A stretch of DNA of 64,000 nt, taken from the NCBI GenBank assembly GCA_963725865.1, contig CAVSAC010000014.1, positions 544,001 to 608,000 of the forward strand, read 5' to 3'. Each line of letters starts with the position of its first letter. Positions within the stretch are counted from its first letter, which is position 1. Origin of the DNA: Candidatus Eiseniibacteriota bacterium (GTDB lineage: Bacteria > Eisenbacteria > RBG-16-71-46). The notes under the pieces were generated by a model. It ran no database searches and was not told the origin of the DNA. It was given only the letters and a program-made list of their open reading frames with translations. This document shows positions 20,178 through 29,510 of this stretch, piece after piece. The translations under genes were made by a program, and so were the position numbers.

Positions 20178-21770
20178 ATGAACCTGCTCTCGGGAGGACG
20201 ATCCCCGCTCGCCGCCGGCCGCCGGCGCGGCGGACTGCTGGTGCCGCTGCGCATCCTCGGGGCGCTGGTCGGCGCCGTGCTGGTGGCGGTGATCGCGCTG
20301 TTCACGCTCGGGCTCGCGCTGCTGTTCCTGCGCGGCCGCGGCGCGCGCGCGCGCACGTTCACGTGGCGCGCGGGCGGCGCTCCGGGCGGCGCTCCGGCGC
20401 GCGACGCCACGGATGCGCCCCCGGTCGACGCCTCCGCCGCGGCGGGCGAGCCGCCGGCCGCGGCGCCGCCGCGCCGGGAGCGCTCGTACGCCGAGGTGGT
20501 CGAGGCGCTGCCGCTCGGGATCGGCCTCGCGCTCGCGCTCGCGCTCGGCGGCGCGGCCGCGCCGCCGGCGGTCCACGCCAAGGTGCTGGTGCCAATGGAC
20601 GAGCGCCAGACCGATCACCTGAAGGCGTACGGGCTCACCTACTGGGTGCTCACGCGCGGCCAGAAGGCCGAGTGGCTGCTCAACTACCGCGGCGGATCGT
20701 TCCTGCTCGCCGACGACGCCGAGACCGTGCGCGAGGCCAACGTGCGCGGGGTCGAGATCGAGACCCTGTCGGGCGCCGGCGAGGCCGCGATCCGCGCCAC
20801 CATCGCCGACGAGAACATGGAGTCGGTCGCGCTCGAAAAAGCGCCCCGGGTGGCGGTCTACATCCCCGCCAACACGCCTCCGTGGGACGACGCCGTGACG
20901 CTCGCGCTCAAGTACGCTGACATCCCCTACGCCACCGTCTGGGACGAAGAGGTCCTGCGCGGCGACCTCGCGAAGTACGACTGGCTCCACCTGCACCACG
21001 AGGACTTCACCGGCCAGCACGGGAAGTTCTACCTCGCGTACCACGACTTCGCCTGGTACCGCGAGGAGGAGTCGGTCCAGAAGGCGATGGCGGCCAAGCT
21101 CGGGTTCGCCAAGGTCACGCAGCTGAAGGCGGCGGTGGCGACCACCATCCACGACTACATCGTGCGCGGCGGGTTCATGTTCGGGATGTGCTCCGCAACC
21201 GACACCTACGACATCGCGCTCGCCGCCGCCGGCGTCGACATCGCCGACGTGGTGTACGACGGGGATCCGCCCGATCCGCTGGCGCAGCGCAAGCTCGACG
21301 ATTCGCGCACGCTCGCGTTCAAGGACTTCCATCTCGAGATGGATCCGTTCGTCTACCGCTTCTCGGACATCGACGTCACGCAGGAGGCGTCGCAGCGCGG
21401 GCCCGAGTCGTTCTTCACGCTGTTCGACTTCTCCGCGAAGAACGATCCGGTACCGAGCATGCTGGTCCAGGACCACGTGAACGCGATCCCCGAGTTCCTC
21501 GGCCAGAGCACCGGATTCCGCCGCGCCAAGCTCAAGAGTGGCGTCTACGTGCTCGCGGAGGTGGAGGGCACGGACGAGGTGAAGTACCTGCACGGGCAGT
21601 GCGGGCGCGGCACGTTCACGTTCCTCGGCGGGCACGACCCCGAGGACTACCAGCACATGGTCGGCGACCCGCCCACCGACCTCACCAAGTACCGGCACTC
21701 GCCGGGCTACCGCCTGATCCTCAACAACGTGCTGTTCCCCGCCGCCGAGAAGAAGAAGCAACGCACCTAG
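20178..21770 (+). CDS. Conserved FCB-type exported protein (family often labelled 'asparagine synthetase B') with an N-terminal membrane extension
   Basis: PMDERQTDHLKAYG, EWLLNYRGGSF, PWDDAVTL, YDWLHLHHEDFTGQ, GMCSATD, GGHDPEDYQH, SPGYRLILNNVLFPAA. Start uncertain. Confidence 0.8.
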   Translation: MNLLSGGRSPLAAGRRRGGLLVPLRILGALVGAVLVAVIALFTLGLALLFLRGRGARARTFTWRAGGAPGGAPARDATDAPPVDASAAAGEPPAAAPPRRERSYAEVVEALPLGIGLALALALGGAAAPPAVHAKVLVPMDERQTDHLKAYGLTYWVLTRGQKAEWLLNYRGGSFLLADDAETVREANVRGVEIETLSGAGEAAIRATIADENMESVALEKAPRVAVYIPANTPPWDDAVTLALKYADIPYATVWDEEVLRGDLAKYDWLHLHHEDFTGQHGKFYLAYHDFAWYREEESVQKAMAAKLGFAKVTQLKAAVATTIHDYIVRGGFMFGMCSATDTYDIALAAAGVDIADVVYDGDPPDPLAQRKLDDSRTLAFKDFHLEMDPFVYRFSDIDVTQEASQRGPESFFTLFDFSAKNDPVPSMLVQDHVNAIPEFLGQSTGFRRAKLKSGVYVLAEVEGTDEVKYLHGQCGRGTFTFLGGHDPEDYQHMVGDPPTDLTKYRHSPGYRLILNNVLFPAAEKKKQRT

Positions 21771-21959
21771 CCACGCCGGCGCGCCGCGGCCGCCGCCGGG
21801 GCGCCCGTGGGACGCCAGCTCCGTCCGCCGGACAGTTCGCGATGCGATCGGGCATTGCCCGCGCCCCGGTGACCCCCTAGCTTTGAGTGCTGGGAATTCG
21901 ACGCCGAACCTGCTGCGTCCCCCCCTCGACTCGGACCTTCCCCGCACGGAGAACCTCCG

Positions 21960-23198
21960 ATGCCCGCCTCTCGCCGTGACCCCAGGTTCTCCGCCTGCTG
22001 GCTGGCCGTGGTCCTGTTATGCGCCGGAGCGACGCTCGCGACCGCCGACGTCCCACCCGCGTACCAGCTCAAGTGGGGTGGCCTCGGCACCGCGCCCGGG
22101 CTGATGAACCTCCCCTGCGAATTGCACGCGACTGCCAGCCGGGTCTACGTGGTCGACGGCGACAACCACCGCATCCAGGTGTTCGACAAGGACGGGGGCT
22201 TCCTGTTCATGTGGGGCTCGAACGGCCCCGGCGACGGGCAGTTCATCTACCCGACCGGCATCGCGGTGGACGACAGCGGCTACGTCTACGTCGGCGACAC
22301 CAACAACCACCGCGTCCAGAAGTTCACGAGCGAGGGCCAGTACGTCCTTCAGTTCGGCACCCACGGCTTCGGTCCGGGACAGTTCAACTTCTGCGCCGGC
22401 GTGGCGGTGGATCGCTCGGGCCGCGTCATCGTGTGCGACTACCTCGGCGACAAGCTCGAGGTGTTCACGAAATACGGCGCTCACCTCGCGTCGTGGGGCT
22501 CCACCGGGCCCGGTCCGGTGCAGTTCTACTCGCCGTACGGCATCGACACCGACGGCGACGGCAACATCTACATCGCCGACAAGTACAACCATCGCATCCA
22601 GAAGCTCGCCCCCGACGGCAGCTTCATCCTGCAGTGGGGCAGCTACGGCACCGCCGACGGCCAGTTCGACGAGCCGCAGAATCCCGCGTGGGACGGGGCC
22701 GAGGCGATCTACGTGGTCGACAAGTACAACGATCAGGTGCAGAAATTCACCCGTGACGGCGTGTTCCTCGCCCGCTGGGGGAGCACCGGCACCGGCACCG
22801 GCCAGTTCAACAACCCCGAAGGCATCACCAGCGATCATGCGGGGTACGTGTACATCGGGGACTGGCTCAATCACCGCGTGGAGCGCTTCGGCTATGCGAC
22901 CGACGACGCGCCGGTGTCGCCCGCGGGTCGCGGACCGCTCGCGCTCGAGACGGTGACTCCGAATCCCGCCCGCGGCTCGCTGCGCGTGCGCTTCACGCTC
23001 GCCGGCGACGCGCCCGCGACGCTCACGCTGCACGACCTCGCGGGGCGCGCGATGACCGTGCGCCCGCTCGCCGGGAGCGGCGCGGGCCCTCACGAGCTGA
23101 CGCTGCCGCTCGACGCCGCGCTGCCGGCCGGGATCTACTTCGTGCGGGTGACTCAGGGAGCGGCGGCGCGCGCGGCGCGCGTGGCGGTGGTGCGCTGA
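21960..23198 (+). CDS. NHL-repeat 6-bladed beta-propeller protein with C-terminal sorting-type domain
   Basis: Signal peptide; about six GQFxxPxGIAVD...YVxDxxNHRxQKF repeats; tail PNPARG...LHDLAGR...AGIYFVR. Confidence 0.92.
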   Translation: MPASRRDPRFSACWLAVVLLCAGATLATADVPPAYQLKWGGLGTAPGLMNLPCELHATASRVYVVDGDNHRIQVFDKDGGFLFMWGSNGPGDGQFIYPTGIAVDDSGYVYVGDTNNHRVQKFTSEGQYVLQFGTHGFGPGQFNFCAGVAVDRSGRVIVCDYLGDKLEVFTKYGAHLASWGSTGPGPVQFYSPYGIDTDGDGNIYIADKYNHRIQKLAPDGSFILQWGSYGTADGQFDEPQNPAWDGAEAIYVVDKYNDQVQKFTRDGVFLARWGSTGTGTGQFNNPEGITSDHAGYVYIGDWLNHRVERFGYATDDAPVSPAGRGPLALETVTPNPARGSLRVRFTLAGDAPATLTLHDLAGRAMTVRPLAGSGAGPHELTLPLDAALPAGIYFVRVTQGAAARAARVAVVR

Positions 23199-23237
23199 CC
23201 GACGGCGGGCGGCCGCCGCGCGGCGGCCGGGCCGGGC

Positions 23238-24989
23238 TCAGTCCTTCGGTTCCCGCGGCGGCCGGCGCCACGATTCCTCGAACAGCGCCTGGCGCATCGC
23301 CGGGCTCACGGGGCCCTCGCCGGCGGACTCCGCGTCCGCGGGGTGGCGCAGCAGCCAGTGGGCGCGGGTGACGCGCCCATCGATCCAGGTCAGGAACCGC
23401 CGGTGGACGCCGGGCGACACGTGGACGACGTACAGGTGCCAGACCAGCACCACCCCGATCGCCAGCAGCGCCTCGTCGCTGTGCGCGAGGAACGCGACCC
23501 CGAGCGCGAGCTCCGGCAGCCGCGCCCCGAGCGGGAGCGGGAACCACAGCACCAGCCCCGACAGCGTCATCACCGGCAGCCCCCAGGCCACCGCGAGGTA
23601 GTGGAGCTTGTTGCGCAGGTCGAAGTGCCCGCTCGCGGGCGGCAGTGGCCGCCGGCCGGTCTGGAACAGCGCCAGCTCGCGCGCCGCGCGACCGTCGCCG
23701 GGCCCGGGCAGGATCGGCCACGCGCGCGCGAGGTCCCCGCGGCGGCGTACCAGCGCGACCCCCGCGAGCGTCAGATGCACGAGCCCCACGAGCACCATCA
23801 GCACGGCGGCCGCGCGATGCAGGCCGCGCGCGACCACCAGACCGCCGAGCAACGCGTAAACGCGCGCGAGCGGCTCGGAGTCGGGATAGCGCAGCGGCAG
23901 GCCGGTGAGCGCGAGCACCGAGAACGCCAGCACCAGCGCGCCGTGCTGCGCGCGCTGCGCCAGCGTGAGGCGCGCGACCAGCCGTGTCCCGTCGACGAGC
24001 ACGGGAGGTCCCGGCGCGCCGGACGCACGGGCGCGCCGCGCCGCGCGCCACCGGCGCGCCGCGTCCAGCACGATGTCCGCCAGGAGCACCAGCAGCACCG
24101 CGGCGCCCAGTACCAGCAGCAGCGCCTCCTCGAGGCGCAGCAGCGGCTCGCGCTTGGCGCGCATCCCCAGGTGATTCGCGCCGGACATCGCGAAGCGCGC
24201 GTTCGCTCCCTGGTGGCAGTCCTTGCGGCCGCACGTGGTCATCAGGCTGTCCGCGCCCACGCGCGAGCCGGTGCTGTCGGGCGACATCACGCGGTGGACG
24301 CCGTGGCAGTCCTGGCACACCGCAGTGTTGCGCGCGCCGAATCGCACGGCCTTGTAGTGGAACGACCGCCGATAGCTCGAGACCGCGTCGGGGTCCACGT
24401 CGTGGCGCGCCATCCGCGGGCGGTCCTCGTGGCAGTCGGCGCACAATCGCATGCGATCGCGCGGTCCGAACGTGCGCCGCGGGCTCGGGATCGCGTGCGG
24501 CCGGCCCTCGCCGTGGCAGGTCACGCAGGCGGGTGAGTCCGCGCTCTCGCCCGTCAGTCCCTTGCGATGGGCGCCCGCGAGGAAGTCGACCTGCTCGGCG
24601 CGGTGCGAGACCGTCCGGCCCTCCACGTCGGTCGCATGGCAGTCCGCGTCGCAGCCGACCGGGGCGCGACGGCCGCCCGGGAACTCGTGCGGATAGGCGC
24701 GCACGTCGGCGTGGCACTGCGTGCACTCGAGCGAGCCGTGCACCGAGCTCACGTGCGCGATCACGTCGATGCTCAGGTCGCGCACGCGGGTGCCGAGGGT
24801 GTCGCGATAGAGGAAGTTCGGGATGCCGTGGCAGCGCAGGCAGCGCTCGAGCTCGTGAGGTCCGAAGTCGATCGGCGGGAACGGCACCGGCGGCCGCGCC
24901 CACGCCGCAGGCGCCGCGGCCGCGGCCAGCCCCGTCACCAGGATCACGCGCCCCAGGAGCCGGCGGCGCGGCGCCCCGCGCCGACTCAC
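23238..24989 (-). CDS. Multiheme cytochrome c fused to FdnI/HydC-type cytochrome b (CbcL-like)
   Basis: CLRCH, CTQCH, CDADCH, CVTCH, CADCH, CQDCH and CGRKDCH, then TM helices with His residues (RAQH, GLHR, LVH, AHSDEALLA, VWH). GTG at 24989 overlaps the GNAT stop. Confidence 0.88.
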   Translation of the reverse strand: MSRRGAPRRRLLGRVILVTGLAAAAAPAAWARPPVPFPPIDFGPHELERCLRCHGIPNFLYRDTLGTRVRDLSIDVIAHVSSVHGSLECTQCHADVRAYPHEFPGGRRAPVGCDADCHATDVEGRTVSHRAEQVDFLAGAHRKGLTGESADSPACVTCHGEGRPHAIPSPRRTFGPRDRMRLCADCHEDRPRMARHDVDPDAVSSYRRSFHYKAVRFGARNTAVCQDCHGVHRVMSPDSTGSRVGADSLMTTCGRKDCHQGANARFAMSGANHLGMRAKREPLLRLEEALLLVLGAAVLLVLLADIVLDAARRWRAARRARASGAPGPPVLVDGTRLVARLTLAQRAQHGALVLAFSVLALTGLPLRYPDSEPLARVYALLGGLVVARGLHRAAAVLMVLVGLVHLTLAGVALVRRRGDLARAWPILPGPGDGRAARELALFQTGRRPLPPASGHFDLRNKLHYLAVAWGLPVMTLSGLVLWFPLPLGARLPELALGVAFLAHSDEALLAIGVVLVWHLYVVHVSPGVHRRFLTWIDGRVTRAHWLLRHPADAESAGEGPVSPAMRQALFEESWRRPPREPKD

Positions 24990-25435
24990 TCGACCGGCCG
25001 TGGCTGTCGATAGACGTCCGGAACCCAGCGCTCCATGAAGCGCTCGGGGCCGTGCAGCGGGGTGAATCCCACCTTCTCGTAGAGCCGGTGCGCGTCGCGG
25101 GTCGCGAGGATCCAGCGCCGCAGCCCCTGCAGCTCCGGATGGCCCACCACGACGCGCATCAGCCACACCGAGAGTCCGCGGCCGCGATAGGACTCGAGCA
25201 CGAACACGTCGCCGACATACGCGAAGGTGGCGCGATCAGTCACCACCCGCGCGTACCCCACCTGCCGTTCCCCGTGCCAGAGACTGAAGTTGAGCGAGCC
25301 CCGCACCGCACGCTCCAGCACCTCGCGCGGGAGCCCCTCGCACCAGTACGCGCCGCGCAGGAATCCGTGCACGACGTCCAGGTCCACGCGGGCCGGGTCC
25401 GTCGTCACGACGAAGTCGCCCTGGGTCCACTCCAT
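24986..25435 (-). CDS. GNAT family N-acetyltransferase
   Basis: QVGYARVVTD, DVFVLESYRGRGLS, LATRDAHRLYEKVGF. Confidence 0.93.
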   Translation of the reverse strand: MEWTQGDFVVTTDPARVDLDVVHGFLRGAYWCEGLPREVLERAVRGSLNFSLWHGERQVGYARVVTDRATFAYVGDVFVLESYRGRGLSVWLMRVVVGHPELQGLRRWILATRDAHRLYEKVGFTPLHGPERFMERWVPDVYRQPRPVE

Positions 25436-25462
25436 CGGGCTGCCTCCCTCCGGTGAAGCACG

Positions 25463-25488
25463 ACGGGGCGCCCCGAAGGACGCCCCGT
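25463..25488 (-). terminator. Stable hairpin downstream of the OmpA-family gene
   Basis: Minus strand ACGGGGCGTCC-TTCG-GGGCGCCCCGT (UUCG tetraloop); no U-tract. Confidence 0.45.
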
Positions 25489-25518
25489 TCACTGCCACCT
25501 CGCGGCGCCGGATCGGCG

Positions 25519-26997
25519 CTACTTCTTCACGCCGCTCGTGTCTGCCGGCGCGCCCTCGTCCTTCAGCAGGAAGCGCCGCTTCTCGCGTTCGATCTTGAGC
25601 GCCTCGGTATTGAGCACCTTGAACTCGACACGACGGTTCCGGGCCCGGCCCAACTCGTTCGTGTTCGGCGCCACCGGGACGTTCGGCCCGTATCCCTTGG
25701 CGGTGAACTGCGACGGGCTGATGAGCGGGAACGAATTGCGGATGTACGTCAGCACCGAGTCCGCCCGCATCTGCGACAGGCGCTCGTTCAGCGTCTTGTT
25801 GCCGCGGCTGTCGGTGTGCCCGCCGATCTCGATCTGGAGCGTCGGGTACTGCTGCAGAATGCGCCCCACCTCGTCGAGCACCGGATACGACTCCGGCTTC
25901 AGCGACGCCTTGCCGGTGTCGAAGTTGATGTTCTGGAGCCGGATCACGCCGGTGTCGAGCAGCTCGGTCTCCTTCTCGTTGATCTCGATCGGACAGCCGT
26001 TGGCGTCGACCTTGAGGCCCGCCGGAGTGTTGTCGCACTGGTCGACCCCGTCGCACACGCCGTCGCCGTCGCTGTCGATCGGACAGCCCTTCTCGTCCAC
26101 CTTGCAGCCCTTGGGGCTGTCGGGGCACTGGTCGAGGCCGTCGAACACGCCGTCGCCGTCGGCGTCGGTCGGGCAGCCGGTGGCGTCCACCTTGGCGCCC
26201 TTGGGCGTGTCGGCGCACTTGTCGATGCCGTCGCAGACCCCGTCGCTGTCGGCATCCACCGAGCAGCCCAGCTTGTCGACCACGCAACCGCGCGGCGTGT
26301 CCGGACACTTGTCGATGCCGTCGAACACCTTGTCGCCGTCGGTGTCGAGCGGACATCCGGCGGCGTCCACCTTGGCACCGAACGGCGTCTCGGGGCACTT
26401 GTCGAGCCAGTCGCGCACCTTGTCGAGGTCGGAGTCGCGCGCCTTGCCGAACAAGTTCCACTGCAGCCCGGCGGTGGCCATCCAGTGGTTGCTGAACTCC
26501 TTCTGCTGGCGCTCGCGGAACATCACGTCGCGCACCTGGAGCCGGACGTAGGCGCGCTGATTGAAGGTGTTCAGCAGCACCCCCATCCCGAGCGTGGGCG
26601 CCCCGTGCTCGAGGACCGCCGGCTGAGCGTTCCCCTGGTGGCTGCGACCGTAGCTGAGACCGGTCATCAAGTAGGGGACGATGCGCTGATCGGCCGGGCG
26701 CAGGTTCCAGCGCAGATCGAGTCCGGCGAGCGAGAGGTTGTGTACCGAGCCACCGACCGTGTCGTCCTCGGAGGGCCCGAACGAGGCGTGTCCTTCGATC
26801 GTCAGCCAGGAATGCAGCCGCCAGCCGATCGCACCGTAGGAGGCGATGTCGTCCTTCATGCGCGCGCGTCCATCAGGGCTGAACGCGCCGGCGCCGCCGG
26901 AGAGCTCGATCGGGCGCCCGATGATCTGCGCCCGGGCCGGAACGGCCAGCAATGCGGCGAGGGCGAGGAGCGGGAACGCACGCTTCAGAACGGCCAT
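25519..26997 (-). CDS. OmpA-family outer-membrane protein with thrombospondin type-3 repeats
   Basis: Signal peptide, N-terminal barrel, DxDxDGVxDxxDxCP repeats, OmpA_C motifs NINFDTGK, IGGHTDSRG, NERLS, NRRVEF. Confidence 0.93.
   Translation of the reverse strand: MAVLKRAFPLLALAALLAVPARAQIIGRPIELSGGAGAFSPDGRARMKDDIASYGAIGWRLHSWLTIEGHASFGPSEDDTVGGSVHNLSLAGLDLRWNLRPADQRIVPYLMTGLSYGRSHQGNAQPAVLEHGAPTLGMGVLLNTFNQRAYVRLQVRDVMFRERQQKEFSNHWMATAGLQWNLFGKARDSDLDKVRDWLDKCPETPFGAKVDAAGCPLDTDGDKVFDGIDKCPDTPRGCVVDKLGCSVDADSDGVCDGIDKCADTPKGAKVDATGCPTDADGDGVFDGLDQCPDSPKGCKVDEKGCPIDSDGDGVCDGVDQCDNTPAGLKVDANGCPIEINEKETELLDTGVIRLQNINFDTGKASLKPESYPVLDEVGRILQQYPTLQIEIGGHTDSRGNKTLNERLSQMRADSVLTYIRNSFPLISPSQFTAKGYGPNVPVAPNTNELGRARNRRVEFKVLNTEALKIEREKRRFLLKDEGAPADTSGVKK
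25987..26436 (-). repeat. Five tandem 90-nt (30-aa) TSP3-type repeats within the OmpA gene
   Basis: Unit DxDxDxVxDxxDxCxxTPxGxxVDxxGCxx repeated five times in exact register. Confidence 0.9.
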
Positions 26998-27286
26998 GCG
27001 GAGTGGACCTCCTTCAGGTCTCCACGGAAGTGCGACGGAGCGTGGCGGACGGCGGGTCCCGGACAGCGCGGCCGTGGGAATACCCGGGCGCGCCGGCGGG
27101 CCCGGGAGTCGCCAGGCAGAATGACGGCTAAGTGGTAGCATCCGGGCCAGCGCAGGTCAATCGGCCCCCGCGGACCATCGTCGCCCGGGGGATCCAGTCC
27201 CGGCGCCCGCGCGACGCTCGCGGGACAGCCCCCGGCCGGCGCACGTCGCCAGCCACTCCGACCCCACCCGAGAGGATGCCGTTCCG

Positions 27287-27763
27287 ATGATGACCCAGTC
27301 GCAGCGCGAGAAGCTCGTCCAGCAGTACGCCGCGGGCTACGACGAGGTGGTCAAGGCGCTCAAGGGGTTCCCACCCGAGGCCCTGGTGCAGCACCCGTTC
27401 GCCGGCAAGTGGAGCGCGCGGGAGATCGTGCACCACCTCGGCGACAGCGAGTCCATCAGCGTCGGCCGGCTGCGCATGCTGCTCACGCAGGAGTACCCGG
27501 TCATCCACGGCTACGACCAGGAGATGTACGCCGTGCTGCTGCGCTACAACACGCGCGATCACGCGCCGGCGCTGGAGGCGTTCCGCGCGGCGCGCGCGGT
27601 GGGGGTGCAGTTGATCGCGCTGATGGCCGAGGAGGACTGGAAGCGCGCGGGCTGGCATTCCGAGAGCGGGCTCTACCGGGCCTCCACCTGGCTCGAGATC
27701 TACGCCGCGCACGCGCACAACCACGCGCAACAGATCGTGCGGCTGCGCGACCACCTCAAGTAG
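27287..27763 (+). CDS. DinB/YfiT family protein
   Basis: GKWSAREIVHHLGDSE and C-terminal HAHNHAQQI metal-binding histidines. Confidence 0.88.
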   Translation: MMTQSQREKLVQQYAAGYDEVVKALKGFPPEALVQHPFAGKWSAREIVHHLGDSESISVGRLRMLLTQEYPVIHGYDQEMYAVLLRYNTRDHAPALEAFRAARAVGVQLIALMAEEDWKRAGWHSESGLYRASTWLEIYAAHAHNHAQQIVRLRDHLK

Positions 27764-27776
27764 TCACGCCCCGTCC

Positions 27777-28625
27777 GTGATCTGGCGCTGCCGCGACCGC
27801 GAGTTCGACCTCGTCGCGCGTGCGCTCGTGATGGGAGTCGTGAACGTCACGCCCGACTCGTTCTCCGACGGCGGTCGGTTCCTCGACCCGGAGGCCGCGA
27901 TCGCTCACGCGCGCGCACTGCTCGCGGAGGGCGCCGACCTGCTCGACCTCGGCGCCGAATCCACACGCCCGGGCGCCGCGCCGGTGCCCGCTGCCGCGCA
28001 GCTCGCCCGGCTGACAACGGTGGTCGAGACGCTGGTGCGCGAGAGCGACGCCACGCTCTCGATCGACACCTCCGATCCGACCGTGGCGGCGCACCTGCTC
28101 GACCTCGGGGCGCGCGTCGTGAACGACGTCTCCGCGCTCGGGGATCCCCGCATGGCCGCCGTGGTGGCCGCGCGCGGCGCCGGCCTGGTGCTCATGCACA
28201 TGCGGGGCACCCCGACCACCATGCAGGCCGCCCCGCGTTACGACGACGTCGCGCGCGAGGTGCGCGACTTCCTGGCGGCGCGCCAGGCAATGGCCGTCGC
28301 GGCGGGGATCCCCGCCGAGCGGATCGCGCTCGATCCCGGGATCGGCTTCGGCAAGACGCTGCGCCACAACCTGGAGCTGCTCGCACGCCTGCCGGAGCTG
28401 GCCGCGCTCGGGCGGCCGGTGCTGGTCGGGGTCTCACGCAAGAGCTTCCTCGGCAGCCTGCTCGACGATGCGCCGGTCGACCAGCGGCTCGCCGGCGGAC
28501 TCGCCGCCGCCGCGATCGCCGTGCAGCTTGGCGCGCGCATCATCCGCACCCACGACGTGCGCGAGACGGTGCGCGCGGTGCGGGTGGCCACCGCGATTGC
28601 GGACGCACGGCGCCGCGTGGTCTAG
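27777..28625 (+). CDS. folP: Dihydropteroate synthase
   Basis: MGVVNVTPDSFSDGG, ESTRPG, NDVS, LMHMRG, DPGIGFGK, SRKSF, RTHDV. Confidence 0.98.
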   Translation: MIWRCRDREFDLVARALVMGVVNVTPDSFSDGGRFLDPEAAIAHARALLAEGADLLDLGAESTRPGAAPVPAAAQLARLTTVVETLVRESDATLSIDTSDPTVAAHLLDLGARVVNDVSALGDPRMAAVVAARGAGLVLMHMRGTPTTMQAAPRYDDVAREVRDFLAARQAMAVAAGIPAERIALDPGIGFGKTLRHNLELLARLPELAALGRPVLVGVSRKSFLGSLLDDAPVDQRLAGGLAAAAIAVQLGARIIRTHDVRETVRAVRVATAIADARRRVV

Positions 28626-28657
28626 CGCGCGGGCGTTCTGCTAGAGTCGCCGTCACC

Positions 28658-29482
28658 ATGATGACGCCGGTCCACCAGATCTGGGTCCTCGACCTGCTCG
28701 ACATCTTCCTGGTCGCGGCGGTCTTCTACCGCCTGCTGATCCTGGTGAAGGGCACGCGTTCGGCGCAGATGTACGTGGGGCTGCTGCTCATCGTGGTGAT
28801 CGGGGTGGTCGCGCGCGAGCTGGACCTGATCGCGATCAAGTGGATCACCGACAGCCTCAAGACCGTCTGGCTGATCGCGTTCGTCATCCTGTTCCAGCCC
28901 GAGCTGCGCCACGCGCTCGCGCAGTTCGGACGCACACGCTACTTCCGCTCGTTCCTGCGAACGGGCGCCTACGGCGTGCTGGGCGAGGTGGTGCGAGGCG
29001 TCGAGGCGCTGGCCGAGCGCCGCCACGGCGCGCTGATCGTGATCGAGCGCAACGTTGGCCTGCGCAACTTCGTCGAGACCGGCACGCGCATCGACGCGAA
29101 GGTCTCCGCGGAGCTGCTGGTCACGCTGTTCAGCCCCGGCTCGCCGCTGCACGATGGCGCCCTCATCCTGCGCGAGGAGACCGTGGTCGCGGCGGGCTGC
29201 ATCCTGCCGCTCTCGGCGAACCCCAAGCTCGCGGGCACGCTCGGCACCCGCCATCGCGCCGCGCTCGGGCTGTCCGAAGAGGCCGACTCCGCGATCATCG
29301 TGGTGAGCGAGCAGTCCGGCGGCATCTCGGTGGCGTATCGCGGCACCTTGAAGCAGCGCCTCGACGAGGGCGCCCTGCGCTCGGAGCTCTCGCGCATCTT
29401 CCGCCTCCGTCCCGAGGAAGAGACCACGCCGGCCCCGGCGAGCGATTCCGGCGGCTCGGCCCACGAGCGGGCCGCGGGCTGA
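28658..29482 (+). CDS. cdaA: Diadenylate cyclase CdaA/DacA
   Basis: Three N-terminal TM helices, FQPELR, PLHDGA, GTRHRAALGLSE. Confidence 0.95.
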   Translation: MMTPVHQIWVLDLLDIFLVAAVFYRLLILVKGTRSAQMYVGLLLIVVIGVVARELDLIAIKWITDSLKTVWLIAFVILFQPELRHALAQFGRTRYFRSFLRTGAYGVLGEVVRGVEALAERRHGALIVIERNVGLRNFVETGTRIDAKVSAELLVTLFSPGSPLHDGALILREETVVAAGCILPLSANPKLAGTLGTRHRAALGLSEEADSAIIVVSEQSGGISVAYRGTLKQRLDEGALRSELSRIFRLRPEEETTPAPASDSGGSAHERAAG

Positions 29483-29510
29483 GCCCGGTGCCCGCGGGCA
29501 GGGCGACGGC

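Noticed and set aside
20178..21770. True asparagine synthetase AsnB
   Set aside because: No N-terminal nucleophile Cys or ATP-pyrophosphatase loop, and the protein appears exported.
24900..24989. Twin-arginine (Tat) signal on the cytochrome fusion
   Set aside because: Arg pairs are present but lack the S/T-R-R-x-F-L consensus, and c-type cytochromes are normally Sec-exported.
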